A stretch of 64,000 nt of DNA from a virus (IMGVR_UViG_3300037963_003719:44335-108334), one strand, 5' to 3'; positions 10,186 through 21,095 are shown, counted from the stretch's first letter. Made by a program: numbers and translations. Notes: generated by a model not told the origin, from the letters alone.

Positions 10186-10341
10186 ATGGCGTTGACATCA
10201 ACTGAAAAACTTAAGATATGCGAAGGGTGTGAATTTTATAAAAAGTCAACAAAACAATGTAGATTATGTGGATGTTTCATGCCATTGAAAACACTTTTTC
10301 CTGGTATGAGTTGTCCTGATTCACCCCCGAAATGGCAATGA
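10186..10341 (+). CDS. Cys-rich microprotein (not in ORF track)
   Basis: MALTSTEKLKICEGCEFYKKSTKQCRLCGCFMPLKTLFPGMSCPDSPPKWQ; paralog of the next ORF. Confidence 0.7.
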   Translation: MALTSTEKLKICEGCEFYKKSTKQCRLCGCFMPLKTLFPGMSCPDSPPKWQ

Positions 10342-10535
10342 ATCTGAAAGATTATTTAAGTAGGTCAAAACCTAAAAAGAAAGTAGAGTTTACACCACCA
10401 AATAAAAAATTAGAGATCTGTAGATCATGTGATAAATTTATTCGTGCTACTCAGATGTGTAGAGTGTGTGGTTGTTTTATGCCATTAAAGGTAGTAACTC
10501 CTTTACCATGTCCTGAAAAGAAATGGATTTATTAA
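10332..10535 (+). CDS. Cys-rich microprotein
   Basis: ICRSC..CRVCGCFMPLK..CPEKKW; start may be 10338. Confidence 0.7.
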   Translation: MAMNLKDYLSRSKPKKKVEFTPPNKKLEICRSCDKFIRATQMCRVCGCFMPLKVVTPLPCPEKKWIY

Positions 10536-10536
10536 T

Positions 10537-12231
10537 ATGACTAAATTAAAACAAAGCGAAATCTATCTTGGCAACCCTAATCTAAAGAAAGTTGGTGTAC
10601 AAATCAACTTTACACCTGATCAGATTAAGGAGTATTTAAAATGCAAAAAAGATCCTGTCTACTTTGCTAAAACCTATTGTAAGATTGTATCTCTTGATGA
10701 GGGTCTAGTCCCTTTCAATCTATATGATTTCCAGGAAGACATGGTTCGCCGCTTCCATGAAAACAGATTTAATATTGCAAAGTTGCCACGACAGACGGGT
10801 AAATCAACCACTGTTGTGGCATATTTGATGCACTATGCGTTGTTCAATGACAACGTTAACATTGGTATCCTAGCAAACAAAGCACCAACTGCAAGAGAAC
10901 TGCTAGGAAGGTTACAACTTGCATATGAGAACTTGCCTGAATGGTTGCAGCAGGGTATCATTGCATGGAACAAAGGATCTATGGAGCTTGAGAATGGCAG
11001 TAAAATTTTGGCATCTTCTACATCTGCAAGTGCTGTCCGAGGTATGTCGTTTAACATCATCTTCCTCGATGAATTTGCGTTCATTCCAAACCATATTGCA
11101 GAGCAATTCTTTTCCTCTGTTTATCCTACTATTTCTTCTGGTAAAAGCACAAAAGTCATAATCATCTCCACTCCAAATGGAATGAACATGTTCTACAAGT
11201 TATGGCATGATGCTGAACTTGGTAGAAACGAATATGTTACAACTGAAGTTCACTGGTCTCAAGTTCCTGGAAGGGATGAGAACTGGAAAGAACAAACGAT
11301 TGCCAACACATCTCTACGTCAGTTCACACAAGAGTTTGAGTGTGAGTTCTTAGGATCTGTTGACACACTAATCTCTGCTGCAAAGTTGAGATCCATGTCA
11401 TATGATGAACCACTTCATGCCAGCAAAGGATTAAAGATATACGAGAACCCCATTCCAGAACATGAGTATCTCATGACGGTTGACGTTTCACGTGGAACCA
11501 ATAATGATTACTCTGCATTTATTCTGTATGATATTACAACTGTACCATATAAAGTTGTAGGTGTTTACAGAAACAATGAGATTAAACCTATGTTGTTCCC
11601 AAACATAATTAATCAAGTTGCTCTTAATTATAATAAAGCATTTATCCTTGTCGAAGTAAATGATATTGGAGATCAGGTAGCATCAATCTTGCAGTATGAT
11701 CTTGAGAATGAAAACCTTCTCATGTGTGCAATGAGAGGTCGTGCTGGGCAATTAGTTGGTCAAGGATTTTCTGGATCTAAAACTCAATTAGGAGTTAAGA
11801 CAAGCACAACAGTTAAGAAAATTGGTTGCTCTAACTTAAAGCAATTGATTGAAGCAGATAAATTACTTGTCAATGATTATGATATTATCTCAGAACTAAC
11901 TACCTTTATTCAAAAGAAACAATCGTTTGAGGCAGAGGAAGGTTGTAACGATGACCTTGCAATGTGTCTGGTTATCTTTGCATGGTTAGTTGCACAAGAT
12001 TACTTTAAAGAAATGACGGACAATGATGTTCGTAAAAGGTTATATGAAGAACAGAAAAATCAAATTGATCAAGATATGGCACCATTTGGTTTTATTGACG
12101 ATGGTCTAACCGACTATGAATCAGTTGATACTGAAGGTAATGTTTGGTATATTGCTGAAGATGGGACTGGTAAATTTTCAGATAGTGCTAGTGAATATGG
12201 AGAACTTAATTATATGTGGGAGTATAGATAA
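10537..12231 (+). CDS. g17: terminase large subunit gp17
   Basis: Walker A PRQTGKS, Walker B IIFLDEFAF, nuclease VDVSRG..DDLAM. Confidence 0.96.
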   Translation: MTKLKQSEIYLGNPNLKKVGVQINFTPDQIKEYLKCKKDPVYFAKTYCKIVSLDEGLVPFNLYDFQEDMVRRFHENRFNIAKLPRQTGKSTTVVAYLMHYALFNDNVNIGILANKAPTARELLGRLQLAYENLPEWLQQGIIAWNKGSMELENGSKILASSTSASAVRGMSFNIIFLDEFAFIPNHIAEQFFSSVYPTISSGKSTKVIIISTPNGMNMFYKLWHDAELGRNEYVTTEVHWSQVPGRDENWKEQTIANTSLRQFTQEFECEFLGSVDTLISAAKLRSMSYDEPLHASKGLKIYENPIPEHEYLMTVDVSRGTNNDYSAFILYDITTVPYKVVGVYRNNEIKPMLFPNIINQVALNYNKAFILVEVNDIGDQVASILQYDLENENLLMCAMRGRAGQLVGQGFSGSKTQLGVKTSTTVKKIGCSNLKQLIEADKLLVNDYDIISELTTFIQKKQSFEAEEGCNDDLAMCLVIFAWLVAQDYFKEMTDNDVRKRLYEEQKNQIDQDMAPFGFIDDGLTDYESVDTEGNVWYIAEDGTGKFSDSASEYGELNYMWEYR

Positions 12232-12461
12232 TGGAATTTGAAGATGAGTTTGATTTAAGTCATCTTCTTTTTAATGAAAGAATATGTCGAACGTGTAAAG
12301 AAAAGAAAGATCTACTTACTGATTTTTATCTAATACGTAAAAATAGTAAGGGATTACCCTCTGCATATTCTTACGAGTGTAAACGATGTACAAAATTGAG
12401 GGTAGCAAATACTAGAAGAAACAAATATGATGTAGGAAATTGGAACTATCCTGACTGGTAG
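12231..12461 (+). CDS. small Zn-finger-like hypothetical protein
   Basis: CRTC...YECKRC, NYPDW end. Confidence 0.65.
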   Translation: MEFEDEFDLSHLLFNERICRTCKEKKDLLTDFYLIRKNSKGLPSAYSYECKRCTKLRVANTRRNKYDVGNWNYPDW

Positions 12462-12545
12462 AGTGTTCATGCACTGTTTCCCCTCTGAAAAGAGTCAAAA
12501 TCATAAATATTTTTAGAAAATATGACACATTCTTAGGAGATAAAC

Positions 12546-15290
12546 ATGGCGATTTTACGCTCACCTGGGGTTGTCGTTAGGGAGAAAGACCTAACCAACG
12601 GCAGAGCGGATATTACTAACGCAAATCTTGCTGGTTTTTCCGCACCATTTTTAAAAGGTCCTATTGGAGAAGCAGTAACTATCTCCAACGAAAACGAATT
12701 AATCCAAACTTTTGGAGAACCATCAACAGCAAACGCTGACTATTGGTTATCTGGAACTAACTTCCTCAACTACGGAGGACAACTTTCAGTAGTCAGAACT
12801 GACTCTGATGACCTCTTTAACTCAGTCGCTAGAGTCGGTAACTCACTGAGTGCAATTACCGTTACGAACCCTACAACAAACGGTAAGTATGTAAGTGCTC
12901 CTGCTGTTACTTTCGTTGGTGGTGGCGGTTCTAATGCTGAGGCAACTGCACTGATCGATGCTAATGGTAAAGTAACCTCAATCAATATCACAAATACTGG
13001 TAGTGGATTTACTTCTGCTCCAACTGTTGAAATTGCTCCTGTAGGTACAACTGCTCTTGCAACCGCTGCTCAAGGAACAACTGCTACAGCAACTGCTGCT
13101 GCAGGTAACTTGAATTCTGGTGCATTGACTGGTACAGCAACAATCACCCTTGCAGGTTCTGGATATTCTTCCGCTCCTAATATCACCGTATCAGGTGGTG
13201 GTGGCGCTGGTGGAACTGGAATTGCTACCGTAGTTAACGGTCAGATTACATCTGTTGCACTTTCTGGTGGTTCAGGTTATACCTCAGCACCAACTCTTGA
13301 TATTGAAGATCCAACTGGTGTTGTTGTTACTATCACTTCTTCTGGTACTAACTACGATCCTACTGGAACATATAACGTTAACGTTTCTGGTGGTTCTACT
13401 GTTGGTGGTGCTACTTTCTCTGGTACTTTGGTTGTAAACCAGAGTGGAGAGGTTACTGGAGTAAACGTTGCTAGTAATGCAGATTTCGGTAACTACTCTA
13501 GTTTTTCTGGTGTAACACCAGTCATCCCTGCTGCTGGTACAACTGCCCTGGCAACTGCAACCATTGCTGCAGATCCAATTAAGATTTCTAGAAATGAGGT
13601 TTATGAAGCATCTTATTCTGGTAATACTAGTGGTTGGTTATATGCTTCTAGATCTGCTGGTTCATGGGGTAATTCTTTAAGAGTTTGTACTGTTGACCGT
13701 GGTCCTCAGCAATCACTTTATCTGACAACTAATCCTACAGCACCTGCTGCAGGTACTTTCGTTACCTCAGGTATTAAAAAAGGTAAGGTCATTGACACTT
13801 CCAATGGCACTGACGGAAATCTGATCGTTCACGTTGTTATCGTTGATAGCACAAATAACGATTCATACGTTTCTTGGCCACAATCAAATCAGAAGTTTGC
13901 TGATTCTGATGCAGTCACCATGGGTGGTGTATCATATACACTCAAATCATCTTCTGGTGTTGATGACGGTGGTGAGTGGTATTTAAAGAAAGAACTGTAT
14001 GAAGGTTCTGGTGTTCTGTGGAACTCAATCGCCGCAAGACCAGGAAGTAGTGACGACTCCATTGAATTCTTCGGAAGCATTTATGGTTATGATAGCATTC
14101 ACGTTGCAATCGTCGATGAAGATGGTCTGATCTCAGGTGCAAAGAATTCAATTCTTGAAGCTTGGACTTACATGTCTAAAGCAAACAATGCTAGAGGTCC
14201 ACAAGGTGGTTCTAATTACTACAAGAAAGTTATTTCTTCTGGTAGTCAGTATGTTTATGTTGGCGACACTGCATTTGAATATCAAGAAAAAACTGCAGCA
14301 TTTGAACCAGTTGGCGCTAAGTCAAACTCACTGACAGGTGGTGCAAACTATAACCTCCTTGCTAGTGGAGAGTTCGATTGTTCAGTATCAGAAATTACTG
14401 CAGGTTATTCAATCTTCACTGATACTGACAACACTTCCCTTGACTACATCATCATGGGTCCTGGAATGTATAATGAGGCAGACACTCTGCAAAAACTCAG
14501 TTTCATTTCTGGTATCGCTGCTGCAAGAAAAGATTGTATTGCTTTTGGTTCCCCACACAAAGGAGCTATTATTTCCTCTAGTGGAACCGCTCTTTCTAAT
14601 AACGATATTGTTAGAAACATTAAGGCGTTCTACAATGCTGTAGGAAGTAGTTCTTATCTGGTTCTTGATGGAAACTACAAGTACGTCTATGATCGTTGGA
14701 ACGATGTATATCGTTACATTCCTTGCAACACTGACGTTGCTGGTCTGGTAGCAGACACCGCAATTAGAAACGAACCATGGTTCTCACCTGCTGGTTTCTC
14801 CAGAGGTGGTATCCGTAACCTGGCAAAACTTGCTTGGAACCCAGGCAAATCAGATAGAGATGAACTCTATGCAAATAGAATTAATCCTATCGCAACATTC
14901 CCTGGTCAAGGTGCAGTTCTCTTCGGAGACAAGACCGCACTCTCTAACCCATCTGCTTTTGACAGAATCAACGTTCGTAAGTTGTTCCTGGTTGTTGAGA
15001 GGGCAATTGAGCAAGCAGCGAAAGCACAACTCTTTGAGATTAACGACGAGACCACAAGAAACGTTTTCAGGTCTATTGTTGAACCATTCCTTCGTGATGT
15101 TCAAGCAAGAAGAGGAATCACCGATTTCTTAGTTGTCTGTGATGACACGAATAACACTCCTGCTGTTGTTGATAACAATGAGTTTATGGCAGAAATTTAT
15201 ATCCAACCTGCCCGTTCGATTAACTTCGTAACCTTGACGTTTACTGCGACGAGAACTGGTATCTCCTTCGACGAGATTATCGGTAGATGA
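12546..15290 (+). CDS. g18: tail sheath protein gp18 with large repeat insertion
   Basis: SPGVVVREKD, PWFSPAG..RG, GDKT..FDRINVRKLF; 914 aa. Confidence 0.95.
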   Translation: MAILRSPGVVVREKDLTNGRADITNANLAGFSAPFLKGPIGEAVTISNENELIQTFGEPSTANADYWLSGTNFLNYGGQLSVVRTDSDDLFNSVARVGNSLSAITVTNPTTNGKYVSAPAVTFVGGGGSNAEATALIDANGKVTSINITNTGSGFTSAPTVEIAPVGTTALATAAQGTTATATAAAGNLNSGALTGTATITLAGSGYSSAPNITVSGGGGAGGTGIATVVNGQITSVALSGGSGYTSAPTLDIEDPTGVVVTITSSGTNYDPTGTYNVNVSGGSTVGGATFSGTLVVNQSGEVTGVNVASNADFGNYSSFSGVTPVIPAAGTTALATATIAADPIKISRNEVYEASYSGNTSGWLYASRSAGSWGNSLRVCTVDRGPQQSLYLTTNPTAPAAGTFVTSGIKKGKVIDTSNGTDGNLIVHVVIVDSTNNDSYVSWPQSNQKFADSDAVTMGGVSYTLKSSSGVDDGGEWYLKKELYEGSGVLWNSIAARPGSSDDSIEFFGSIYGYDSIHVAIVDEDGLISGAKNSILEAWTYMSKANNARGPQGGSNYYKKVISSGSQYVYVGDTAFEYQEKTAAFEPVGAKSNSLTGGANYNLLASGEFDCSVSEITAGYSIFTDTDNTSLDYIIMGPGMYNEADTLQKLSFISGIAAARKDCIAFGSPHKGAIISSSGTALSNNDIVRNIKAFYNAVGSSSYLVLDGNYKYVYDRWNDVYRYIPCNTDVAGLVADTAIRNEPWFSPAGFSRGGIRNLAKLAWNPGKSDRDELYANRINPIATFPGQGAVLFGDKTALSNPSAFDRINVRKLFLVVERAIEQAAKAQLFEINDETTRNVFRSIVEPFLRDVQARRGITDFLVVCDDTNNTPAVVDNNEFMAEIYIQPARSINFVTLTFTATRTGISFDEIIGR

Positions 15291-15328
15291 TCATTAGATA
15301 ATAAATAAATTTACGGGAGACACAACCA

Positions 15329-15994
15329 ATGGCAAACATTAACCAGTTCAAATCTAGATTACAGGGCGGCGTTCGCCCTAATCTATTCCAAGTAGATATC
15401 ACATTCCCTGAGGCATCTTTTGATCTTGGAAGTATTAAAAACCCTTCAGGTTTAACTGAGGCAGGTAGATTCCTCTGCAGATCTGCACAGATTCCTGCAG
15501 CAAACCAAGGACTTATTGAAGTACCTTTCAGAGGTCGCTTCCTTAAGATTCCTGGTGACAGAACCTTTGAACCTTGGACTGCTACTTTCTACAACACCAC
15601 AGATTTCGATCTGAGAGCAGCATTTGAGCAGTGGATCAACATCGGTAACAAAACTGATGAAGCACTGGGAACTTATAACTTCGGTTCTGAAGGTTCCTTC
15701 GCTCAGTATTTCCAGGACATCACAATTAGACAACTGGACAAAAACCCAGAATCTAAGGGAAATGTAACAAAAGGCGGTGGTGTAAATAAAGTACTTAGAG
15801 AGTACAAACTTGTAGGTGCTTGGCCAACTTCTGTTGGTGCAATTAACCTTGCATATGACAGCAACGATCAGATTGAAGAATTTGACGTTGAGTTCCAATA
15901 TCAGTATCTTGATGCTGGTGAGAAGAACTTCCAAGTCGGTAATGGTGAATTCACCAAACTGAGAAACGTAGGTTCTACCACAAGTGCAGGTTAA
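15329..15994 (+). CDS. g19: tail tube protein gp19
   Basis: GGVRPNLFQV, VPFRGR..IPGDRTF, IEEFDVEFQYQY. Confidence 0.93.
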   Translation: MANINQFKSRLQGGVRPNLFQVDITFPEASFDLGSIKNPSGLTEAGRFLCRSAQIPAANQGLIEVPFRGRFLKIPGDRTFEPWTATFYNTTDFDLRAAFEQWINIGNKTDEALGTYNFGSEGSFAQYFQDITIRQLDKNPESKGNVTKGGGVNKVLREYKLVGAWPTSVGAINLAYDSNDQIEEFDVEFQYQYLDAGEKNFQVGNGEFTKLRNVGSTTSAG

Positions 15995-16039
15995 TTAAAG
16001 TGATAAATAGAGTAACGGTCCAGTTACTCTATATTTGGA

Positions 16040-17650
16040 ATGGCGCAATTATTTGGATTTTCAATTAAAGATGAAGATCTCAAGAAGGGGGCGAAGGCAG
16101 CTACGTCCCCTGTTCCACCTACAGACAATGACGCTAGTTCGACCATCACTCCTTACGGGGGATGGTTTGGTCATTATGTAGATCTTGATGATACTAAAAA
16201 ACGTGACGAGATTAATCTCATCCGTCGTTATAGAGAAATGGCACTTGCTCCAGAAGTGGACAGTGCGATTGAAGATGTAACAAACGAAGCGATTGTAACT
16301 GATAAGGATGACAGTCCAGTAGAATTAGAACTGTCTAACTTAGAAGTATCAGAATCGATCAAGAACCGAATGAGAGAAGAGTTTGATCATATCAAACGTC
16401 TTCTTGATTTTGATAAATCTGCACATCAAATCTTCAGACGTTGGTACGTTGATGGTAGATTATTTTATCATAAAGTTATCGATCTAGAAGATCCTTCAAA
16501 GGGTCTATTAGAACTCCGTTATATTGATCCTCTTAAAATTAAGAAGGTGCGTCTGGTAGAAAAACCAGCAGTAGACGCAGATCAATTTAACAAATACGAC
16601 TACGGTAAAGTCACAGAATTTTTTGTTTACAATGCTAAAGGTGTAAACAATACCAACCAAGGAATTAAAATTGCAAGGGATGCTATTACATACGTAGCAT
16701 CTGGTATTGTAGACCAGGGTAGAAATATGACCCTGAGTTATTTGCACAAAGCAATCAAGTATCTTAATCAATTAAGAATGCTTGAGGACAGCATTGTTAT
16801 CTACAGATTATCAAGAGCACCCGAGCGTAGAATTTTCTACATCGATGTTGGTAATCTTCCTAAAATTAAAGCGGAACAATACCTGCGTGATGTAATGTCA
16901 CGCTACAGAAATAAGATGGTATATGACTCCAGTACTGGAGAAATCCGTGATGACAAAAAGCATATGAGTATGCTTGAGGACTTCTGGTTGCCTCGTCGTG
17001 AAGGTGGTCGTGGTACAGAAATTACCACACTGCCTGGTGGACAAAACCTTGGTGAACTGACTGACATTAAGTATTTCCAAACACAACTTTATAAAGCACT
17101 TAATGTTCCTGCTTCTAGATTGGAAAGTGATAAGTCATTTGATTTAGGTAAATCTGAAGAGATCAACAGAGACGAAATTAAATTTACAAAGTTTGTAGGT
17201 CGTCTCCGTAAAAAGTTCTCTGACCTTCTTCATGACCTTCTTAAAACACAACTGATCCTTAAAGGTGTAATCACAGTTGAAGATTGGGAAGACATGAAAG
17301 AGCACATTCAGTATGATTACCTTTATGATAATCAATTTGCTGAACTTGCTAATCTCGAATTACTTGAGAAGAAAATGGAAGTCCTTGACAAAGTAGACCT
17401 CTATGTTGGCAAGTATTTCTCACAAGATTATGTAATGCGTCAACTCCTGCACTTCACTGAGCAAGAGATTGAGGAAATGCAGAATCAAATAAATACAGAA
17501 ATCAAAGCAGGTCAAGTCATTGATCCGCTTGATACGATTGATCAAGAGAAGCAAACTGCTGAAATTGATATGGAAACTAAGCAAGTTTCTTTAGACAATC
17601 TTAAAAATCCCCCTGAACCTAAAACGTCAGGATCCCAAAACACTAAATAA
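16040..17650 (+). CDS. g20: portal protein gp20
   Basis: YRLSRAPERRIFYIDVGNLP, EDFWLPRREGGRGTEITTLPGG. Confidence 0.97.
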   Translation: MAQLFGFSIKDEDLKKGAKAATSPVPPTDNDASSTITPYGGWFGHYVDLDDTKKRDEINLIRRYREMALAPEVDSAIEDVTNEAIVTDKDDSPVELELSNLEVSESIKNRMREEFDHIKRLLDFDKSAHQIFRRWYVDGRLFYHKVIDLEDPSKGLLELRYIDPLKIKKVRLVEKPAVDADQFNKYDYGKVTEFFVYNAKGVNNTNQGIKIARDAITYVASGIVDQGRNMTLSYLHKAIKYLNQLRMLEDSIVIYRLSRAPERRIFYIDVGNLPKIKAEQYLRDVMSRYRNKMVYDSSTGEIRDDKKHMSMLEDFWLPRREGGRGTEITTLPGGQNLGELTDIKYFQTQLYKALNVPASRLESDKSFDLGKSEEINRDEIKFTKFVGRLRKKFSDLLHDLLKTQLILKGVITVEDWEDMKEHIQYDYLYDNQFAELANLELLEKKMEVLDKVDLYVGKYFSQDYVMRQLLHFTEQEIEEMQNQINTEIKAGQVIDPLDTIDQEKQTAEIDMETKQVSLDNLKNPPEPKTSGSQNTK

Positions 17651-17664
17651 TACCGAGGTTAATT

Positions 17665-17862
17665 ATGGAACCTACTAAAATCGTGGATATGATCATGAAG
17701 GATCAACTTGCTGATGCTTCTGATGCTGTGAAAGATATGATTATGAACAAGGCGGCGCAGATCTTAACTCTTGAAAAAGAAAAGGTCGGGCAAAGCATGT
17801 TCGCCCATCTAGAAAACGAACCCGAACAGACCGAAGATGAAACTGATCACGGAACAGATTGA
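17665..17862 (+). CDS. small prohead core-like protein (gp67/68 position)
   Basis: Small acidic ORF between g20 and g21, after a late motif. Confidence 0.55.
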   Translation: MEPTKIVDMIMKDQLADASDAVKDMIMNKAAQILTLEKEKVGQSMFAHLENEPEQTEDETDHGTD

Positions 17863-18481
17863 AGCTGTAGAATTTCTTGTTGAAGAAAGTGGTTCAAAAA
17901 AGAATCACTTTATCGAAGGGGTATTTCTTCAAGCGGATATTAAAAATAGAAATGGTAGAGTGTATGAGATGAACGTTCTTGAAAAAGAAGTTGGTCGTTA
18001 TACCGAATCTTATATTTCTAAAGATCGTGCTCTTGGAGAACTCGGTCATCCTGAGGGACCTACCGTTAATTTAGATAGAGTGTCACATAAAATTGTATCA
18101 CTTCAAAAAGAAGGACATAATTTTATCGGCAAAGCAAAAATCCTTGATACCCCTATGGGCAAGATTGCTAAAAATCTAATTGATGAAGGTGTTAAATTGG
18201 GTGTCTCATCACGTGGTGTTGGATCAATTTCTGAAAGAAATGGTGCATCATATGTCCGTGATGACTTCATGCTCGCTACTGCTGCAGATATTGTAGCAGA
18301 TCCATCTGCTCCTGATGCTTTTGTAGAAGGAATTATGGAAGGAAAAGAGTGGGTATGGAACAATGGCATTCTTACAGAACGTCATATTCAATCCATTAAG
18401 AACGGAATTGATGCTGCAACTTTGCATAATCTACAAGAGCGCAAGGTTTCCGCGTTTGCCGAGTTCTTAAAGGGATTATAA
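17837..18481 (+). CDS. g21: prohead protease gp21
   Basis: NRNGRVY, ALGELGHP, GVSSRGVGS, DIVADPSAPDA. Confidence 0.96.
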   Translation: MKLITEQIEAVEFLVEESGSKKNHFIEGVFLQADIKNRNGRVYEMNVLEKEVGRYTESYISKDRALGELGHPEGPTVNLDRVSHKIVSLQKEGHNFIGKAKILDTPMGKIAKNLIDEGVKLGVSSRGVGSISERNGASYVRDDFMLATAADIVADPSAPDAFVEGIMEGKEWVWNNGILTERHIQSIKNGIDAATLHNLQERKVSAFAEFLKGL

Positions 18482-18483
18482 TT

Positions 18484-18491
18484 TATAAATA
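18484..18491 (+). promoter_or_regulatory. T4-type late promoter
   Basis: TATAAATA upstream of g22. Other exact copies at 21497, 36243, 48734, 49097, 50357, 61274, 61349 and 62214. Confidence 0.75.
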
Positions 18492-18531
18492 AAACATAGA
18501 ATCTAACAGATTATATTAAGGAGAATAGCAC

Positions 18532-19575
18532 ATGTCAGCATCAGTTGACCAACAATTTGAAACCTTCGTAGAAGAAACTCTTGAGGAAAAAGCGCCAACT
18601 GATGGTGCCAAGGGTGCAGACCCTATGGTTGCTGCAACTATTCCTGGTCCCCAAGATACTGCGAAGGACAACCTTGGTGGTCCTACCAACCAGAACTACA
18701 AGCAAGACAACGATTCATCTAAGATTGCCAACAAAGGTACATCGAAGGTTAGCGACGTTAACACTAAGTCCGCTAAACCAGGCGATGCTGCTCCTGGCAA
18801 ACTGAAGGAAGAAGAGGAGTCAACTGAAGAAGTAGTTTCCGAAACAACCGAAGTTACCGAAGAAGAGTTCAGCGTAGAAGAAGATGTTAACGCACTTCTG
18901 ACTGGCGAAGAACTTTCCGAAGAATTTAAAGAGAAGACAAAAACAATCTTTGAAGCTGCAGTTAAGTCAAAACTTGCTGAAGAAACTAAGAAGATTGAAG
19001 AGTCATTTGAGGTACGTCTTACTGAGCAAGTTGACACCGTTAAAACGGAACTTGCTGAGAAGATGGACAAGTTCCTCACCTATGTTGCCGAAGAGTGGAA
19101 GAAAGAGAATGAACTCGAACTCCACAACGGCATTAAACTTGAGATGATGCAGTCCTTCATGGACGGCATGAAAAATCTTTTTGAAGAAAATTATGTACAA
19201 CTCCCTGAAGAAAAATATGATGTTATGCAAGAGATGACAGACAAACTTGATGAAATGGAAGCAAAGCTCAATGAGCAAATTGAAACAAACATGTCACTCA
19301 ACGGTAAGGTTAACTCTTTTGTTAAAGAGTCAATTGTAACCGAAGTTTCCAAAGGTCTCGCAGATACCCAAGCAGAGAAGTTCTCTTCACTCGCTGAAGG
19401 TGTTGAATTTGAGTCCGAGGAGTCCTTCAAAGAAAAACTAGAAACTATTAAGGAATCTTATTTCCCTAAAGCAAAGGTTGAACTGAAGGAAGACATTGCA
19501 ACTGATGAAGTTGCGTCCCCTGTAGAGGGTTCGATGTCTGCGTATGTAAACGCAATCTCCCGCTACGGGAAATAA
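18532..19575 (+). CDS. g22: prohead scaffold gp22
   Basis: Acidic coiled coil, LSEEFKEK.KTIFEAAV, MSAYVNAISR. Confidence 0.92.
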   Translation: MSASVDQQFETFVEETLEEKAPTDGAKGADPMVAATIPGPQDTAKDNLGGPTNQNYKQDNDSSKIANKGTSKVSDVNTKSAKPGDAAPGKLKEEEESTEEVVSETTEVTEEEFSVEEDVNALLTGEELSEEFKEKTKTIFEAAVKSKLAEETKKIEESFEVRLTEQVDTVKTELAEKMDKFLTYVAEEWKKENELELHNGIKLEMMQSFMDGMKNLFEENYVQLPEEKYDVMQEMTDKLDEMEAKLNEQIETNMSLNGKVNSFVKESIVTEVSKGLADTQAEKFSSLAEGVEFESEESFKEKLETIKESYFPKAKVELKEDIATDEVASPVEGSMSAYVNAISRYGK

Positions 19576-19614
19576 TTATTAATCCACTTACTACTATCCA
19601 ATAAGGAGAAACAA

Positions 19615-21075
19615 ATGTTAGGTTTATCCCAACAACTCCAGGAGAAGTGGGCACCTGTTCTTGAGCATGGTGATCTTCCAAAGATTGAAGATAACTACAA
19701 GAAAGCTGTCACTTCCATCCTGCTTGAAAACCAAGAGCGTGTAATTCGTGAAGAGCGTCAGATCCTGTCTGAAGCAATCCCAACGATGAGCACTGGTTCA
19801 AACGCCGCTGCTGGTGCAGGTTCAGGCAATGCTGGTTTCAGTTCTGATGCTGCTGCTGGTGGTCCTGTTGCTGGTTTCGACCCAGTTCTGATCTCACTGA
19901 TCAGACGTGCAATGCCAAACCTGGTCGCTTATGACCTCGCTGGCGTTCAACCAATGTCTGGTCCTACTGGACTGATCTTCGCAATGCGTGCTCGCTACGA
20001 TGGTCCTGCGACCACCAATGCTGAGACCTTCTACAACGAAGTCAATCCTAACCAATCTGGTACACAGGGTGCTAACGATGTCTCTGGTGCTGCTGATGCA
20101 CTGACTGGCAACAACCCTGCTGTTCTTAACGACGGTTTCACTGGTTCTAACGAAGCAACCGCTCAAGGTTACTATGGTGCTCCTGGCGCTATGGGCACTG
20201 AAGATTCTGAAGGACTTGACAGCGACGGTTCCGCCCCTGACTTCCGTCAGATGGGTTTCTCAATCGAGAAGATTTCGGTCACCGCCAAGTCACGTGCTCT
20301 GAAAGCTGATTACAGCATCGAACTCGCACAAGACCTGCGTGCTATTCACGGTCTTGATGCTGAGTCGGAACTGGCAAACATCCTCTCTAGCGAGATCCTT
20401 GCTGAGATCAACAGAGAAGTTGTCAGAACCATCTATAAGTCCGCTAAGCGTGGTGCTCAGCATGACACCGCTACCGCTGGTACTTTTGACCTCGATGTTG
20501 ACTCCAACGGTCGTTGGTCAGTTGAGAAGTTCAAAGGACTTCTGTTCCAAATCGAGCGTGATGCGAACGCAATCGCACGCGAAACTCGTAGAGGGAAGGG
20601 CAACATGATCATGTGCTCTGCTGACGTTGCATCCGCACTTGCAATGGCAGGCGTACTTGATTATGCTCCTGCTCTGGAAGGCAACAACCGCCTTGCAGTT
20701 GACGAAACTGGTAACACCTTCGCTGGTGTTCTGAATGGTCGCTATCGCGTCTATATCGATCCTTATGCAACTATCACCCGTGGTGGTTCTGCTGCATCTG
20801 GTAACTCTGCTAACCAGTACTACGTCATCGGTTATAAGGGTACTTCACCTTATGACGCTGGTCTGTTCTACTGCCCATATGTACCTCTCCAGATGGTACG
20901 TAGCGTCGGTCAGGATGACTTCCAGCCACGTATCGGGTTCAAGACCCGTTATGGCATGGTCCTCAACCCATTCGCAAAAGGCGAAGCAGCACTGTCCGAC
21001 AGCAACCCACTTGCTGCTGGCAACCTGTCAACCAACGCTTACTACAGAAGAGTTTCTGTTGCAAACCTCATGTGA
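19615..21075 (+). CDS. g23: major capsid protein gp23
   Basis: KWAPVLEH, GVQPMSGPTGLIFAMR, FQPRIGFKTRYG. Confidence 0.98.
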   Translation: MLGLSQQLQEKWAPVLEHGDLPKIEDNYKKAVTSILLENQERVIREERQILSEAIPTMSTGSNAAAGAGSGNAGFSSDAAAGGPVAGFDPVLISLIRRAMPNLVAYDLAGVQPMSGPTGLIFAMRARYDGPATTNAETFYNEVNPNQSGTQGANDVSGAADALTGNNPAVLNDGFTGSNEATAQGYYGAPGAMGTEDSEGLDSDGSAPDFRQMGFSIEKISVTAKSRALKADYSIELAQDLRAIHGLDAESELANILSSEILAEINREVVRTIYKSAKRGAQHDTATAGTFDLDVDSNGRWSVEKFKGLLFQIERDANAIARETRRGKGNMIMCSADVASALAMAGVLDYAPALEGNNRLAVDETGNTFAGVLNGRYRVYIDPYATITRGGSAASGNSANQYYVIGYKGTSPYDAGLFYCPYVPLQMVRSVGQDDFQPRIGFKTRYGMVLNPFAKGEAALSDSNPLAAGNLSTNAYYRRVSVANLM

Positions 21076-21095
21076 TTCTTGCATCACATCATATC

